From: Ophelia neglecta
Taxonomy: Eukaryota
Length of the DNA: 64,000 nt
Reading direction: 5' to 3'
NCBI GenBank assembly: GCA_965285935.1
Contig: OZ260663.1
Coordinates: forward strand, 50,902,001-50,966,000
The position numbers and the translations under genes were made by a program. The notes under the pieces were generated by a model that saw only the letters and a list, made by a program, of their open reading frames with translations, made no database searches and had not been told where the DNA came from. This document shows positions 36,801-51,800 of this stretch, one piece after another. How positions within the stretch are numbered: the first letter of the stretch is position 1; every line of letters begins with the position of its first letter.

Positions 36801-39800
36801 GTGGTGTACAAACAGATATTTTAGTATATGTACTTGAGCATATCATGTGTTATTTTGGTATTAACCTTGTCATGTTTTATTCCATCTAGGTTTGCATGAT
36901 TTTCAATGCTGGGGAGTTGTCATTAGTAGAGTATGGTGAGAATGAGATCCTTGGTTCAGTCAGGACAGAGTTCATGAACCCTCATCTAATCAGGTAATCA
37001 ACTACTTCTCAGGCAATAACAAATCTCCTAGCACCCCTTGTCGCATGGCTGTGTTAGCTTCTGTGGGTGTACAGGGGTCTGCTGAAATAAAAGAATCTTC
37101 TTGTCTCGCTGAATTACATTTTAATGACCTTGCAAACTTTGGCCTTTAGAGTTAACCTCAAGTATTAATTTTTTTTTATAAGCCCAACCTCAGACCCCAA
37201 CATTAAAAAGGGCCTCCACACAGCCTCGCTTGCCTTGATTTTAACCCTTTTACTCACACGGCTATTATTCAGAAAAAGAAAAGATCTCCTAGCTGCACTA
37301 GCCCCATGGCCGAGTCAGCTATATGGATATAGATATATTATTCATGAAACAGACTTTCAAGGACCAATCAAATACCAAGTGTAATCCACCTAATTAATCA
37401 TAAGACTTATAATGAAGCCTATGATTTTATATGATCATGATCAACATTCTACTCAGGTCATTCCTCTTTCTATGTTGATAACACTTTTTTTCAGTGTGCG
37501 TCTAAATGAGAGAAAGCAGCAAGGTGTCGAGAACAACAAGAAGATGGCCTACCTTATCGACTTGAAAACAATTGCCATCAGTGAGTAGATAAAGAATTGT
37601 ACACCATTGTAAATAAAGTTATTATTTGGAGCTTTTATGATTTACAAGTATAAATAATCTTTTTTGTCTCTGTTGTCATCCGTTTAACCAATATGACAGT
37701 ATGTACAGCAAATAACAGCCAAGGTACAACAATGTCATATGCTGGACTGGAAATTATTAGTGTATATTTTTGTTAACAAATATATGTTATAAATTGCAGT
37801 GGATTTAATGAATGGGATGTCTCCAGGACAGATCAACCATGACTCCAAGATTGACTGGCTAGAGGTAACTCGCCCTGAATCTTTCCTCTTTCTTTTTAAA
37901 TGACCCTGCGCTGAATAATGTAGGGCCAGTCCATCTACAATTCCAAATGCTTAGAAGTGTATTGAAAATTAAAATCCAAGGGTGGTGAGAAAGAAGAAAT
38001 GGTTACCATTTTCTGCTTTTAATTATTATTAAAAGTAACATTTATAACCAGATTAATTTGTAAATTGTCAATAGCTCACTATACCACTTTTCATTTCAGA
38101 TGAATGAGACCGGACACAAGTTGTTGTTTAGAGACAAACGATTGAAGCTCCACCTGTACGACATTGAGACCCAATCCAGAACCACCATTCTCAACTACTG
38201 CTCTTATGTGCAGGTCAGTTTTGTACTATTTTATTTCACAAAAACATGTTTAGTTTTCTGTTTTACAGGCAAGACTGTGTATTAATTATTTAGCCATTGA
38301 CTTCTTTTTATTTCAAGGGAATGTGTCGCATATTTGTGCTTTCACTACTGACAAAGATATGTTCATTTTAGTGGGTACCTGGAAGTGATGTTGTTGTCGC
38401 TCAGAACCGGGGAAATCTCTGTGTTTGGTACAACATAGACACTCCTGAAAGAGTCACCATGTTCCCAATAAAAGTGAGTTCATCATTATTGGGGTCTATA
38501 GCAACATAGATATCATATGGCCCCCAACCAGAATATGGTCAGCTTAGAACTAAGTTTCTGTCACACCAAATTGAACACCTCATTTCCTTATCTCACATTT
38601 TCTATCTTCTGAGACTTCTATTTTTTTTGCTTATATGGCATTGACTGGTGCTTTTTTTATTGTATTTAAAGGGGACCTCACCCACCTTGATGATGGTATG
38701 TCTCATACTACAGCTGTATTTCTGTCCTTGACTTTTATATGTAACTTTCTTTCCTAGGGTGACATTGTTGATCTTGAGAAGGGTAATGGAAAGACTGAGG
38801 TTCTGGTGAATGAGGGGGTTACCACGGTGTCCTACACACTGGATGAGGGTCTCATAGAGTTTGGCACTGCCATTGATGATGGGGATTATGCAAGGTTGGT
38901 CCCATAATAATCTTGTGAACTTTAATACCAGTATGTAAAAAACATTCCTTTTCCTGGAGGGAAAAAAAACAAATAAAATTTAAGATAAAAGTGGATCATG
39001 CTGTAGGTAGTGCTATATATACAGTTATGTAAAAATTATATTTTAGGGCTGTTGCCTTCTTGGAGACACTTGAGATGTCATCTGAGACTGAGGCTATGTG
39101 GAAAACACTCAGCAAACTCTCCCTGGAAGCCCAGCAACTACACATAGCTGAAAGGTAATGTGATATTTAGTATTAGATTCAAGGCATCATGATACTTCAT
39201 AAGAATAGAGGAATATTTTTTATTTTGGATGAAGAATAAGTGCATATATCATGTATTAATAGTCGCAGGGTTGTTCAATATCATGTGATATGGGATTGAA
39301 ATGGTTTACCTCAGAATTGATATTTTGACATTTCAGATGTTTTGCTGCTTTGGGTGATGTTTCCAAGGCACGCTATCTGCATGAAACCAACAAAGTGGCA
39401 GAAGAAGCAGCTAAAACAATGGTAAAATATCTGTCCATTAGAAAGCAATTAGATCAATTATAAGAAGCAGTCATTAAGAACAGATTTGTTAAGTTGTTGA
39501 ATCATTAGAGTATCGATGCATCGTCAACTGCCACTGGGTGAATCCTAGACTTTTTACCAGTTTTTGCTTTGAGGATCATGCAAACCAGTTTGATGATTCT
39601 GAAGAACATGCACTGCAAAAAACAAAGTTTAGATGTTTCCACAATAATGTCTAAACATTGCATATGGCCGTGTGTATTCTTCAGAATCAACTTGGGTCCG
39701 TGCGTACTCCTCTATTAAAGTTGAATCTCTTGAAAGGTCCATGTTTGACCCGGTGTGTTCCTGTTGGCTGGTGGTGTGTATCAACTGTGTATTTATTACT

Positions 39801-42800
39801 GTTGTCCCTTCTGCCAGGGAGGAGATGGATTTAACCACTACAAAGTAAGGGCTCGTATGGCGATCATGGACAAGAACTTCAAACTGGCCGAAAGTATCTA
39901 TCTGGAGCAGAACAATATCGACGAGGCCATGGAGATGTACCAGGAGATGCACAAGTGGGATGATGCTATTGACGTAGCAGAAGCAAAGGTAAAATTGAAG
40001 CTGGAGTCCCCGTAAATTAAATAAGTTTAAATTGCTTGATGAAAATTTGATGTATGGACCACATGATGATGACTATCCTGTTTCCAGGGTCATCCTGAAT
40101 TGGAGAACCTGCGGCGGAATTACTACCAATGGCTGATGGACACACACCAGGAGGGCAGAGCAGGAGAGCTGAAGGAGGAGGAAGGAGACTACAACGCTGC
40201 TATTAACCTGTACATGAAGGCTGGGATGCCTGCCCGCGCCGCTCGCACCGTCACCCAACATGAGGTGAGCTGGCACAGGAGGCCTGCTGGATGGCTTTAC
40301 CACTGACATCTTAGTTTTAAATGGAGGAGGCATAGCGCTATGCCTTGCATAGTTACGACTTTATGTTATAGTGGTCCCTGTCACCCTTATATCCAAAGAA
40401 AAGTGGCCCTACGTTGCAGGTGGCCCTTCATCGGAGGTACTTTGATATGGAAAAGATAGGACATGGGAATTCAAAAAACTGTCCTGCCATTGCAGGTGGC
40501 CCTTCATTGGAGGGGCCCATCATCGCAGGGACCACTGTATATGGAGAAATAAATGAATTGTGCATGCATGAATAGTCTGGTATTGCATCTTGTCTAATAA
40601 CCCATTTGAATTGGTTTCTCTGCAGGAATTGATGAACAACTCTGACCTGGTAAATAGGATTGCCTCATCACTGATCAAAGGAGAGATGTTTGAGAGAGCT
40701 GGCGACTTGTATGAGAAGATCAGAATGTACTCAGAGGCCTTGAAGTGTTACAAGAAAGGAAACAACTATAAGAGAGGTTCATTATTGTTCTTTTGCAAAA
40801 TGAAACATATACATGTATGACTTTAATGTGCTTTTTATTACAGAGTTATAATATCTGTAGACCTGTGTGATATGTTATAAGATTCAAACAAAGTTAAATG
40901 GGGCTGCCAATATGTGATTTTATGACTGGGCCATAAGTAATATGTGATGCTTAGTACATGTTCTAGTATGTCCCCATATTATAATTTGAACATTTTCTTT
41001 TGATTTTAATATTTACCAGCACCTTGCACCTGCACATTTATATAGTATGTGTTCTAATGTTTGAAACGAGTCTATAACCTGTACTGGGACCAGTCATTGT
41101 TCAGTACTTAACAAGTTTCCCAGATAGATAACCTTTGTTTTTCAGTGGTGCATTTTTTCCTTAACCAGTACAATAAATTCACTTTTTAAATGAATTTAAT
41201 TTTAATGGAATATGCATACATGTACAAGTAGAAGTATTTAATGTCTGTCTGCTGCACAGGTGTGGAGCTGGCACGTTACGCCTTCCCACAGGATGTTGTG
41301 GTGTTGGAGGAGCAGTGGGGAGACTACCTGGTGGGCCAGAAACAACTGGATGCTGCTATCAACCACTTCATTGAAGCTGGGTAGGTGGAAAATTCACTCA
41401 GCTTATGAAAATAAACTGGACACAAGAGGCCTCCTCATCTCTATAGCATTAACTCTAAAATGCTTGTTTTGTAACATTGAATGATAAAATGTGACTTCTT
41501 TTCCATTATTTTCCTTTTATTTTCCTTTATTGCTGTGCACTATTCTCAATATCCTTTCATTTTGTTCTCTTTGAAGCATCCATATAAAGCACACTATACC
41601 AGTATGTTTCTGTCTCCTAAATAATTACACTATTATTATCTTGTTTTCCTACTTATTCCTTTATGTAGTTTAAGCAACACAGCCTGACATTATTACCCTC
41701 AAAAGCATGATTTTATATTAGGGCTATTCAATTTTTAATATGGGCAGATGGGTGGAACTCTTTTTTGACACCCCCCTCCTCCAGGGACTGGCACGATTCC
41801 GAGGTGACGATTTCGATTGCGATTTCGATTTCGAAAATCGTGGAATCGGATGATTTCGATTCTTTTAGATTTCATAGATCGGCGATTTCAATTACGATTT
41901 CGATTCCACCACAACGATTTCGATTACGATTTCGATTGCACAACAATATAGTGACAACAGATCCTCGACAATACCCGAGACTGGGCGATTGCAATTGTGC
42001 CATTGTCACCCAACTGAAGCACACATGTCAAAGGGAATTCCCCCACACATGAAAGCGTGATGTCATTTCAAGTAGTGTACACTACAATGTGAGGGCAAAT
42101 GGCGGCGGCAAAACCATCATGGCGGCCGGCGTAATACTAACATGTTCGTCCTTTTGGCCCGTGATTCCTTCGTATTCGGCGTAAATGAACTAAACTTCTT
42201 AGCATAAAAGATATTTTTAGGTAATTGGGTCGAATTTGCACCGGTGGACTGGCCGATAAGACGGGAATTTAGTATAGTAGAGTGGATAATCTGTTGAAAT
42301 CGCACTTGAATGCGTTTGGAATCGTCTGCTGTGGTGATTTCAGATGGACGATTTCGAATACGATTTCGATTTCAGTGACGATTTCAGATGGACGATTTCG
42401 ATTTCGATTTCGATTGTGGAAAAACGATTTCATTTCGATTACGATTTCGATTTCAAATCGAAATCGTGCCGGTCCCTGCCCTCCTCCCTTGTGGCAATTT
42501 TCCTTTTACCTCTGCACCATAGGTCACACAAATTATAGTATTTGTGTCTTATTTAATTTCAGAGCCACAATGAAAGCAGTGGATGCAGCCATCAATTCTC
42601 GCCAGTGGGACAAGGCAGTACAGATACTGTCCGTGATCAGGGACAACCCCGCAGCGAACAAATACTACAGAAAGATAGCCCAGCACTACTCCAATGTGGG
42701 AGAATACGAGCTCGCCGAGAGATTCTTCATCGAGGCTGACTGCACCAAAGATGCCATAGACATGTATAATGTGGCTGGTAGGTAGCCTTGAAGGAATAAT

Positions 42801-45800
42801 AAAACCTTCTTATTTTATTTTTAGCACTTTTATTTCTTCCTTGGTTGTGCTTTTTTGCAAAGAAAAGATGGGACAAACGGTGATACGAATATCAATAAAG
42901 CTGCCTTGTTTTTTATAGGAAAATGGGAGGAAGCTCACAGGTTGGCTTCTCGCTGTATGAAGTCTGAGGAGGTGGCAGTGTTGTATGTCAAACAGGCTCA
43001 AACCTTGGAATCTCAAGCAAGGTCAGTTGACAAGGACAACTTTCCATTAATTGCTGGAATTTTCCAAACTTTGGGTTTTTGTGGCAAATTCCAAGATGGG
43101 TGATCTGACAGTGATTTTGCCATGGTTGTAACCTAATTGTTGTAAGATAATAACAGTCAGTTTGAAAGGCCATACAATTAATAAAATGTTTTTCTGACAT
43201 CACCTTCAAACCATAAATTTCCTACCTACTCTATTACTTGTTTTGATTTTTAAAAAATTAACACCAGGCCCTCATGAGTTAAAAGGCAGTGTAGTAAAAA
43301 TGTCTAAATAATGGTGATAAAGAGAAAATCGGCCAAAGTGATGTCGGATCAATAGGTCAGGACACCTCGACTACTTGGTGAAATGTTCAAATAACATTCT
43401 TGATTTTATACTGTTGTGTTATAAAAGTGAATCACACCGATGTATGATTTTCATTGGATATTTATTGGGCCTTTGATGTACCAGGTACAAGGATGCTGAG
43501 AGGCTGTACATCACTGTAGAAGAGCCTGACATGGCCATCACCATGTACAAACGTCTCAAGATGTACAGCGATATGATCAGACTGGTTAAACAATTCCACA
43601 AAGACCTTGTACCTGACACACACCTCCATTTGGCAAAAGTAAGCAACAACTTATTTTTTTGCCAGCTAAACATTTTTGCATTGCCTTTTTTAAAAATCAT
43701 GTGTGAAAGAGAAAGAGACTGCAAGTGAATTGTAATTTGTTCAACAGGAACTGGAGGCTGAGGGGAACATGCGCCAAGCAGAACACCACTATCTAGAGGC
43801 TAAGGACTGGAAGGCAGCAGTCAACATGTACCGCGGCAATGAGATGTGGGAAGAGGCATATCGTGTGGCAAAAGCACATGGCGGAGCCACTGCTGCCAAA
43901 CAGGTGGCTTATCTCTGGGCCAAAAGTCTGGGTGGAGATTCAGCTGTCAAACTTCTTACCAAGTTTGGTCTGCTTGAAGCTGCTATTGAATATGCTGCAG
44001 AAAATTGGTGAGAATTAGTTTTAACGATACAAACAAAAGTATTGGTCTCTTTCAAAGCACTGCTCTATACTGGCTGTTTTATTTATGATTACCGGTATAT
44101 TAATTTTGGTACAATACTGGATCATTTGACTTAATCTACTATTGTTGTATTATATTGTGTATTACATTTTTGAGGAAAAGAACAACCTATGCTTGATTTG
44201 GAATCACTAATTTTATTCTGTTTTGTTCCAGTGCATTTGATTTTGCTTTCGATCTTGCTAAGACATCTATGAAGAACAAAATGCCAGAAATTCATCTGAA
44301 GTATGCTATGTTTCTGGAGGATGAGGGTAAATTCAAAGAAGCTGAAGCTGAATTCATTAAAGCTGGCAAACCTAAAGAAGCTGTACTTATGTGAGTAGTT
44401 ATGAATCTTTATTTTCACTACAACTGAAATTGACTGACAGAATTTTTTTTTTTACTGAGATATGGATAACATTTTTTTTTGCTTCTCTGCTCTTTTAGGT
44501 ATGTTCACAGCCAGGACTGGGATGCGGCACAACGTGTGGCAGAAGAACACGACCCCGATTCTGTTGGTGATGTCCTCGTTGGCCAAGCTCGCTATGCATT
44601 TGAGGAGAAAGAATACCAGAAAGCAGAGGCCTTTCTCCTTCGTGCTCAGCGCCCGGAGCTGGCTGTCAAATACTACAGGGAAGCTGGAATGTGGCAGGAT
44701 GCACTGAGGGTGTGCAAGGATTATGTGCCTCACAAATTACAACAACTGCAGGATGAATATGACAAAGAGATGACAAGCAGGTCCACAAGGTAAGCTGCAA
44801 AGTGGAGAAACAAAACATTGACGCTTTTTTCGAAATTTATTATTAATTCAGACTACATTATTCTTTTTGCTTTGTTGCAGAGGAGCGGAAACCTTGATCA
44901 ACCAGGCTCGGGAGTGGGAGACCTCTGGAGAGTATGTCCGTGCTGTGGAGTGCTATGTCAAAGTGACAGAAACTGTGACTTCAGATGTCAGAATCCTGGA
45001 AAAGTGCTGGATTAAGGTTTGTCTCCTTTTTTTTATATCAATATAAATATAGCATATATAGTTTATAAGGTTGGTCTACTTATTGTCTTGATTAAGAAAG
45101 GCCCTTTGAGAGTAAGATGAATGAACCGACAGTTAGAATTAAGTCTCAATGCACATGTTTAGATTGAACCAAAACTCAATATTCAGCAGCATAGCTAATG
45201 TGTATTTCAGGCGGCTGACTTGGCTTTGAAGTTTCTATCACAAGACAAAGCTGCTAAAGTGGTGGAGCTTGTTGGTCCAAGACTTATAGAACACAAGAAA
45301 TTCATTCCGGTGAGTATGTGAAGGCAACTGACGATCCACAATGTACATGTGTGCCTACTTTTTTTGGCTAGTTTGCAAAATATAGTATGCTTTTATTAAT
45401 TAACCTCAGTTTGTGTAATACTCCCTTAAATGTAACATGATAGAAAACAAAGGAAAGCTGCCAAAGAAATTTTTATGTGTTAATACTGAGTTAAAGTTGC
45501 TGCTTATATTCCAGGCTGCTGAGATGTATCTTCAGGTTGATATGATCAAGGAAGCCATTGATGCCTTTATTGTTGGAGAAGAGTGGAACAAAGCAAAGAA
45601 AGTGGCCAAGGAACTTGAACCAAGGTAAAGGTCAACCAGACTGCATCTACAAACAGCAAAATCATATTTTCACATAAAATTATTAAATTGTATAAAAATT
45701 TCTCTACTAAAAAATGTGCACAGTGATAGTTAATTTATTTGTTAGACAGTATATTACAAGTATCAGTGTACATCTCGGAAAACTAAGGAATATTGAAAGA

Positions 45801-48800
45801 AAGTTAGTAAGAACATGTCATGGAAATATATGAGTCATTTTGTTTGGTTCCTTATGCTGATTGTATCAGATATATGTCTGGTACTATTCCCAAACTGTTT
45901 CTCTTACAGATTTGAGTCATATGTTGATGACAAATATAAAGAATATCTCAAAACACAAGGAAAGGCTGACGCTGTGAGTATAATCTATGGTTTCCTTGAC
46001 ATAACAATACTGTATCAAACTTTTTATTTAGCTTGATATAATGGGTGCCCCCCCCCCCCTGCATTTCATTTTATTACTGATTGGTGCTGTAATACTGATT
46101 TTCTCAGCTTGCTGGAGTGGATGTGGTGGCAGCACTGGACATGTACATTGAGAAGGGAGAATGGGAAAAAGCCATTGAGACAGCTGGTCAACAGGTGAGA
46201 CCATATTTATATTATAATTCATTTATTCATTCAGTGGGGATGTTGGGCATTGGTAAAGTCAAACGGATGGCTGGGCTAGGGTATGGTCTGCAAGGTATGT
46301 GGGTTCAAACCCCAGCCAAGTCAATCATATTGAAATTTAAATAATTCATTTAGTTATAAGTGTAACGTTAATTTTGTGAAAAAAATTGAAATCACTTTAA
46401 TCACTACAAAATAACTTTATGGGTGTTTTGGTATGAAAGTTGAAGCTCTCTTTTTTTGCAGAGTCCAAAGGTTCTTCACAAGTATGTGGCGATGTATGCC
46501 GCCAAATTAATCAAGGAGAATAGAATCATGGATGCAATGGAGCAGTACGTAAAGCATGGAGCTCCCGCCATTCAACAGAACTACAACATTTACAAACGCA
46601 TTGCCTCCGATATTTTCAATACACATGGATTGAACAAGGCTGAATCCTACCGAACATGGGCTGACCTCAGGGACATGCTCTTTGACTTGGTACATGTTTC
46701 TCCCAATTATACCCTTTGTCCTTTCAACCCTCCCTGCTGTCAACCCACATGGATTGTACAAATTCACTTTTAGTTGTGGCTCCATTTCCTTGCAAGAATT
46801 ATTTTTATTAAAGCATGTATATGTTTAGAATTCTGTAAATGCTCCTTTGCAGACGGAGAATATTGAGAAGTCGGCTGAAAAGAACTCTCCCATCCAGGAG
46901 GAGTTTGAGAACATGTTGTTGGTGGCTCACTACTATGCCACCAGATCAGCAGCCATGGCACACAAGTCTCTGGAGACGGTAGCCACTAAACTGTCTGTCT
47001 CGCTGCTCAGACACACAGACGCAATCCCTGCAGACAAGGCATTCTTTGAAGGAGGGCAAATGTGCAAGGTAGGCAGTCAGATGACGATTTATACTGCAAC
47101 AGCTAGTTATTCTGTTGCATTAAGTTATTGTGTCACACCGGTGGGTACACTGTAAAACCCTTATATTTAGCCAGCCCTCTTTTTCAACAAGGGAAAATAG
47201 GGCAAAATTAAAAGGCATATGAAGATAAGGTCCACAGTGTGAACCTATTATAGGTTATATTATACTACTGATACTTCTTAAATACAAAAATAACAGGCAG
47301 TGAATAAATTGGTATTCCCAAACCACAAAAAACTATAGGTTGTACAGTATCCTATTCAACATTCAGACCAACTGACAAGGTTCAGAGTTTCGGTAATTGT
47401 TATTATTTTGTAAATTACCTTTATTGGGGCAAATAAACACTCGTAGCTTCTGCTCCAATTGCCTTAGGAATTCCACTGCTTTCATTGAATTATACCTTCA
47501 ATGTAGCTGCCTGGTGTACTGTCGACCACTATTTCAATGAAAATAAAATCTCAAGTATCTAATATGAAAGATTTATACTATGAACTGTACTTATTTATAT
47601 ATGACTGTGGCATTATGTTATTAACAGTAGAATTGGTGCCTATTCAATGATTGATTAAGTGTAATGCATGTTATGTTATTGTTTTAGGCTGTAGGTTGGG
47701 AGAACATGGCATTTGTCTTCTCAAACCGCTATCTGGATCTAGTGGAGGCCATCGAGGAAGGCTCCTTGGACATGCTGGATAACACTGATTTCCAGGATAC
47801 CGACATTCCATTTGAGATTCCTCTACCAGAGAAACCACACTTTGATGTAGGTTTTTTTTCATTTCTAACCTTCTGTCAATTATCATATATTGCCCAAAGA
47901 AGTTTGTTTATATATTTACTATTAATCATACTAATCAATTGTACAGCTTCTCCATTAAGTAAATGGGAAGAGAGGAAATGGTATTTTATTGCCCCCCCCC
48001 CTCCCCCCCAAACCACAATCCCCCACTAGTAGTTCCAATTTGTGAATAATATATTTTAGCCCCTATATTTTGTTTATTGCCAATCTTTTTGTTGATTATG
48101 TCAATTTCTGGACTTCGATCATTTCTAAGGAGCAATGTTTAAGTTTTTGTTGTTGTTGGCGGTTATAACCTGAGTGGCCTCCAGCTACTTTTTAGCATTA
48201 ACTCCTGCTACATACACTTATGTGCTTAAAAACCATGTTCCTGATAATTTAATTCAAAACTTATTGCCATAGCTAGCAAGTGAACTCAAATAATGTGTTC
48301 ACTGTTGCTCAAACAAAAAAGGATTTTTCACCCCTGCCCCTTGCCCGACCCTTATTTTAAAATTATAAAGCTCTTACTTTCCAATTTATGGTAATTTGTA
48401 CAAGTATAGAGTGACTTATGTTAGTCATTATTAATATTGATATTGTGATCCAATTATTGAAAAAAAAGTGATTGTTTGAATAGAAAACATTTCATAGATG
48501 TTTTATTATTAAACATTTTATGGAAATGTTCAAAGAACTATTTTAAATATCAAGTGGATAACATTCCGGCACTATAATGATTTTCTTACTCCTTCTCCAT
48601 GAATTTTACCAGTCAAAGGTAATATATATATTTTACAAAATATATAATGCTTTTCTTTAGAGAGCACCTCAACTTTGCTAATTTTTATTTATTTTTGCTT
48701 CATAGAACTTGTGTAGAGGCAATTTCAAACACTCTACCAAACTACTATACTTATTGTAAACTACTTCAAGTACCTTAGTTAATGTAATGTAAATGTTATC

Positions 48801-51800
48801 TTAGTGAACAATGTGGACCTAGCATTGTCTTAGTTAATGCTTTGGGCCTAGCATTGCCTTAGTGAACAATGTGGGCTTAGCATTGCATTAGTTAATGCTG
48901 TGAGCCAATCATTGCCTTAGTTAATGATGTAGACCTAGCATTGCCTATGTAAATGATTTTAGCCTAGCAATGCTGTAGTTAATGCTGTTGGCCTAGCATT
49001 GCCTTAGTTAATGCTTTGGGCCTAGCATTGCCTTAGTGAACAAAGTGGGCTTAGCATTGCATTAGTTATTGCTGTGGGCCAAGCATTGCCTTTGTTAATA
49101 CTGTGGACCTAGCATTGCCTATGTAAATGCTTTTGGCCTAGCATTGCTGTAGTTAATGCTGTTGGCCTAGCATTGCCTTAGTGAATAATGTGGGCTTAGC
49201 ATTGCATTAGTTAATGCTGTGGGCCAATCATTGCCTAAGTTAATGCTGTGGGCCAAGCATTGCCTAAGTTAATGCTGTGGGCCAAGCATTGCCTTAGTTA
49301 ATGCTGTTGGCCTAGCATTACCTTAGTTAATGCTGTGGACCTAGCATTGCCTTAGCGAACAATATGGGCTTAGCATTGCATTAGTTAATGCTTTGGGCCA
49401 ATCATTGCCTTAGTTAATGCTGTGGGCCAATCATTGCCTTAGTTAATGCTGTGGGCCTAACATTGCCTTAGTTAATGCTGTGGACCTAGCATTGCCTATG
49501 TAAATGTTTTTGGCCTAGCATTGCTGTAGTTAATGCTGTTGGCCTAGTATTGCCTTCGTTAATGCTTTAGTTTTAGCATTTAGTGATTGCTAAATTATCT
49601 CGCAACAAAACAAAGTTAAACGAAAAGATAGGAGAGTGTCCATGAAATATGTAGCTATGTCACTCAAATGACTAAAGGGTACTTGACACATATCTTTATA
49701 TTTATGTGTTTTGGACCATTGTTAGGTCTGTATTCAAGGACTGTTAGTAGATTAGCACAACTAGAAATGTGTTTGGGAAACTAGTCACATCATATCACAT
49801 TTACAATATAATTATGTAGTGGTACATTTTCTTACTGAAAAATTTCTGTTAGCTTACCATCATTTATTAAATGCCCAAGTGTGCCATGGCCAGTGATGCC
49901 ACCAGATTTTCATCATTTTTTGATATTCATTGCAACACTGTATGTGCAGAGGTTAAAAATAATCCTGCCATGCCGAGGGGTGTACTCTCATCCAGTTGAT
50001 GCCATGCCCCGGGGTACAGGTAGACCCCAGGCTCGGCCTGTAGGGTCATATTGTGATTAACATGAGAAATTAAGATATGAGTATATATATTGCAGAGGAT
50101 GTGCTGTCAGACCTGCTAGAACAAACAGCCCTTACTCCAGTCTTAAATAAGTTTTTAATTATGCTTATTTGATAACTAAGATACTTTTTACATACACAGA
50201 AATTTAAGTAAACAAATCATATAGTGAATGTAGTGGTATTTGGGCACATACCTGATGAAAAGAACTCTTGTCAGGCAGATTATGGCAAAGGGTTCATTTG
50301 TTTTAATATCAGACAAACATGTAGTACCTGTACATGGCGAGGGCATATATTGCTGTTAATCATATAAGTTAGTTACATTGTACAGTGATTAAAATTGAAC
50401 TCGTTAGTTTATTGGCCTAAGTCAGTCCTAAATCATCAAGTCTTATATGCTAGGTTGTTTCTTATTGCTGTCTATTAATTTATCATTTAAATGACATGTA
50501 GTCAGAATTGTAGATAAAAGCATTTAATTATTTATTATATTAATAAATTAATAAAATCCTTGACCTGCCTATAAATGACACCTACTTAATGTGGTCAGCA
50601 TTTTTCCAGTCTCACCTTATTAGCTTATTTGACAGGTTTCACTGTATATCAGTTTCACCACTTATCTTGGTGACCTTTCTCTTTAATGATCTGCCAAATG
50701 GTGTTAACCATCAGGACTATTAGTTTGGATATTTCATTATCCATGCCATAAACTATAAGCTGATAAGAATGATTTCATACTAATTTCCATCCCTGTCCAC
50801 ATGGAATGTGTTAGACTAGTTAATATGACATGCTAAATAAGCTACCAAATCTCCATTAACTTTACCATATACAGTAAAACCTGCCTTAAAAACCACTTCT
50901 ATATTCAGACCCTCTGGCAGTTCAGACCACAAATATAAAGGCCACAGTCTACATTTTCTATGTCAATGACCTATGTAAATAGATCACCTTCATAATCAGA
51001 CCAGAAATTTCCAATCCTTTGGGTGTTACTTACATTCTCTGTTCAGAACATGGTAATTATTTCTACCCATTTGTTCCACCATTGCACAGACGGAAGATGC
51101 ACCATTTAAATTCAACACATGATTATGCATGAAAGGGGTTGTTATAGATTTCTCCTTTTAATAAATAAATTGTCGCAAATACAAGTACATGAAAGTAGAT
51201 CATTTACTTTGACTTGATAAATAACTAAAAAGTCCATATGTGTTTGTAGGATTCTGAGCATGAGGACCTGAAGGAGTGGGTATTGGCAGTGTCAATGGAC
51301 CAGAAAGTAGCCCAGGAGCTGCCCACTGATGAGAGGGACACCTATGAGGCCTCACTTGTGGCTGCCAGCACCGGGATCAGATCCCAGCCGTGTGTGATCA
51401 CTGGTAGGTGTCATTCTCACATTGTTAATACCATCAACATAAAATGATGGAGAAATCAACATAAAGTTTTCCTTTATAGATATTTATGAAATAATTGTTT
51501 TAATCTGTAATATTTTTACGACAGGATACCCAGTGCTGCGCAACAAGCTTGAATTTAAACGTCCCGGCAAAGCCGCCAACAAGGATGACTGGAACAAATT
51601 TCTAATGGCTACCAAGGTATTAATCAGATCCATTGAGTAGTTACTCTGCAAGGGGCTGCCCCATATAATACATGTACCTACACATCATTGGGTAAACTTA
51701 AATATAAAATCATTATGGCACTCCCAAGTTTGTTGAAACCCACCTTTTTTGCCCTGAAGGTGGAGCCAGGGGGTGGGGGTTGGGGTGGGGCCGGGGGGGG

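Noticed and set aside
41765-42562. ORFs with ISISIS / FRFRFR repeats, including the N-terminal part of 42282-42785
   Set aside because: These are translations of the (CGATTT)n arrays of the hAT element; only 42563-42777 is a true IFT172 exon.
46240-46325. tRNA gene candidate (B-box-like GGTTCAAACCC); similar at ~11230-11270 on the minus strand
   Set aside because: No cloverleaf or acceptor stem; at most decayed tRNA-derived SINE heads.
48801-49580. CRISPR-like array of ~29-bp partly palindromic repeats
   Set aside because: The units are contiguous with no unique spacers, there are no cas genes, and the context is a eukaryotic intron: a minisatellite.
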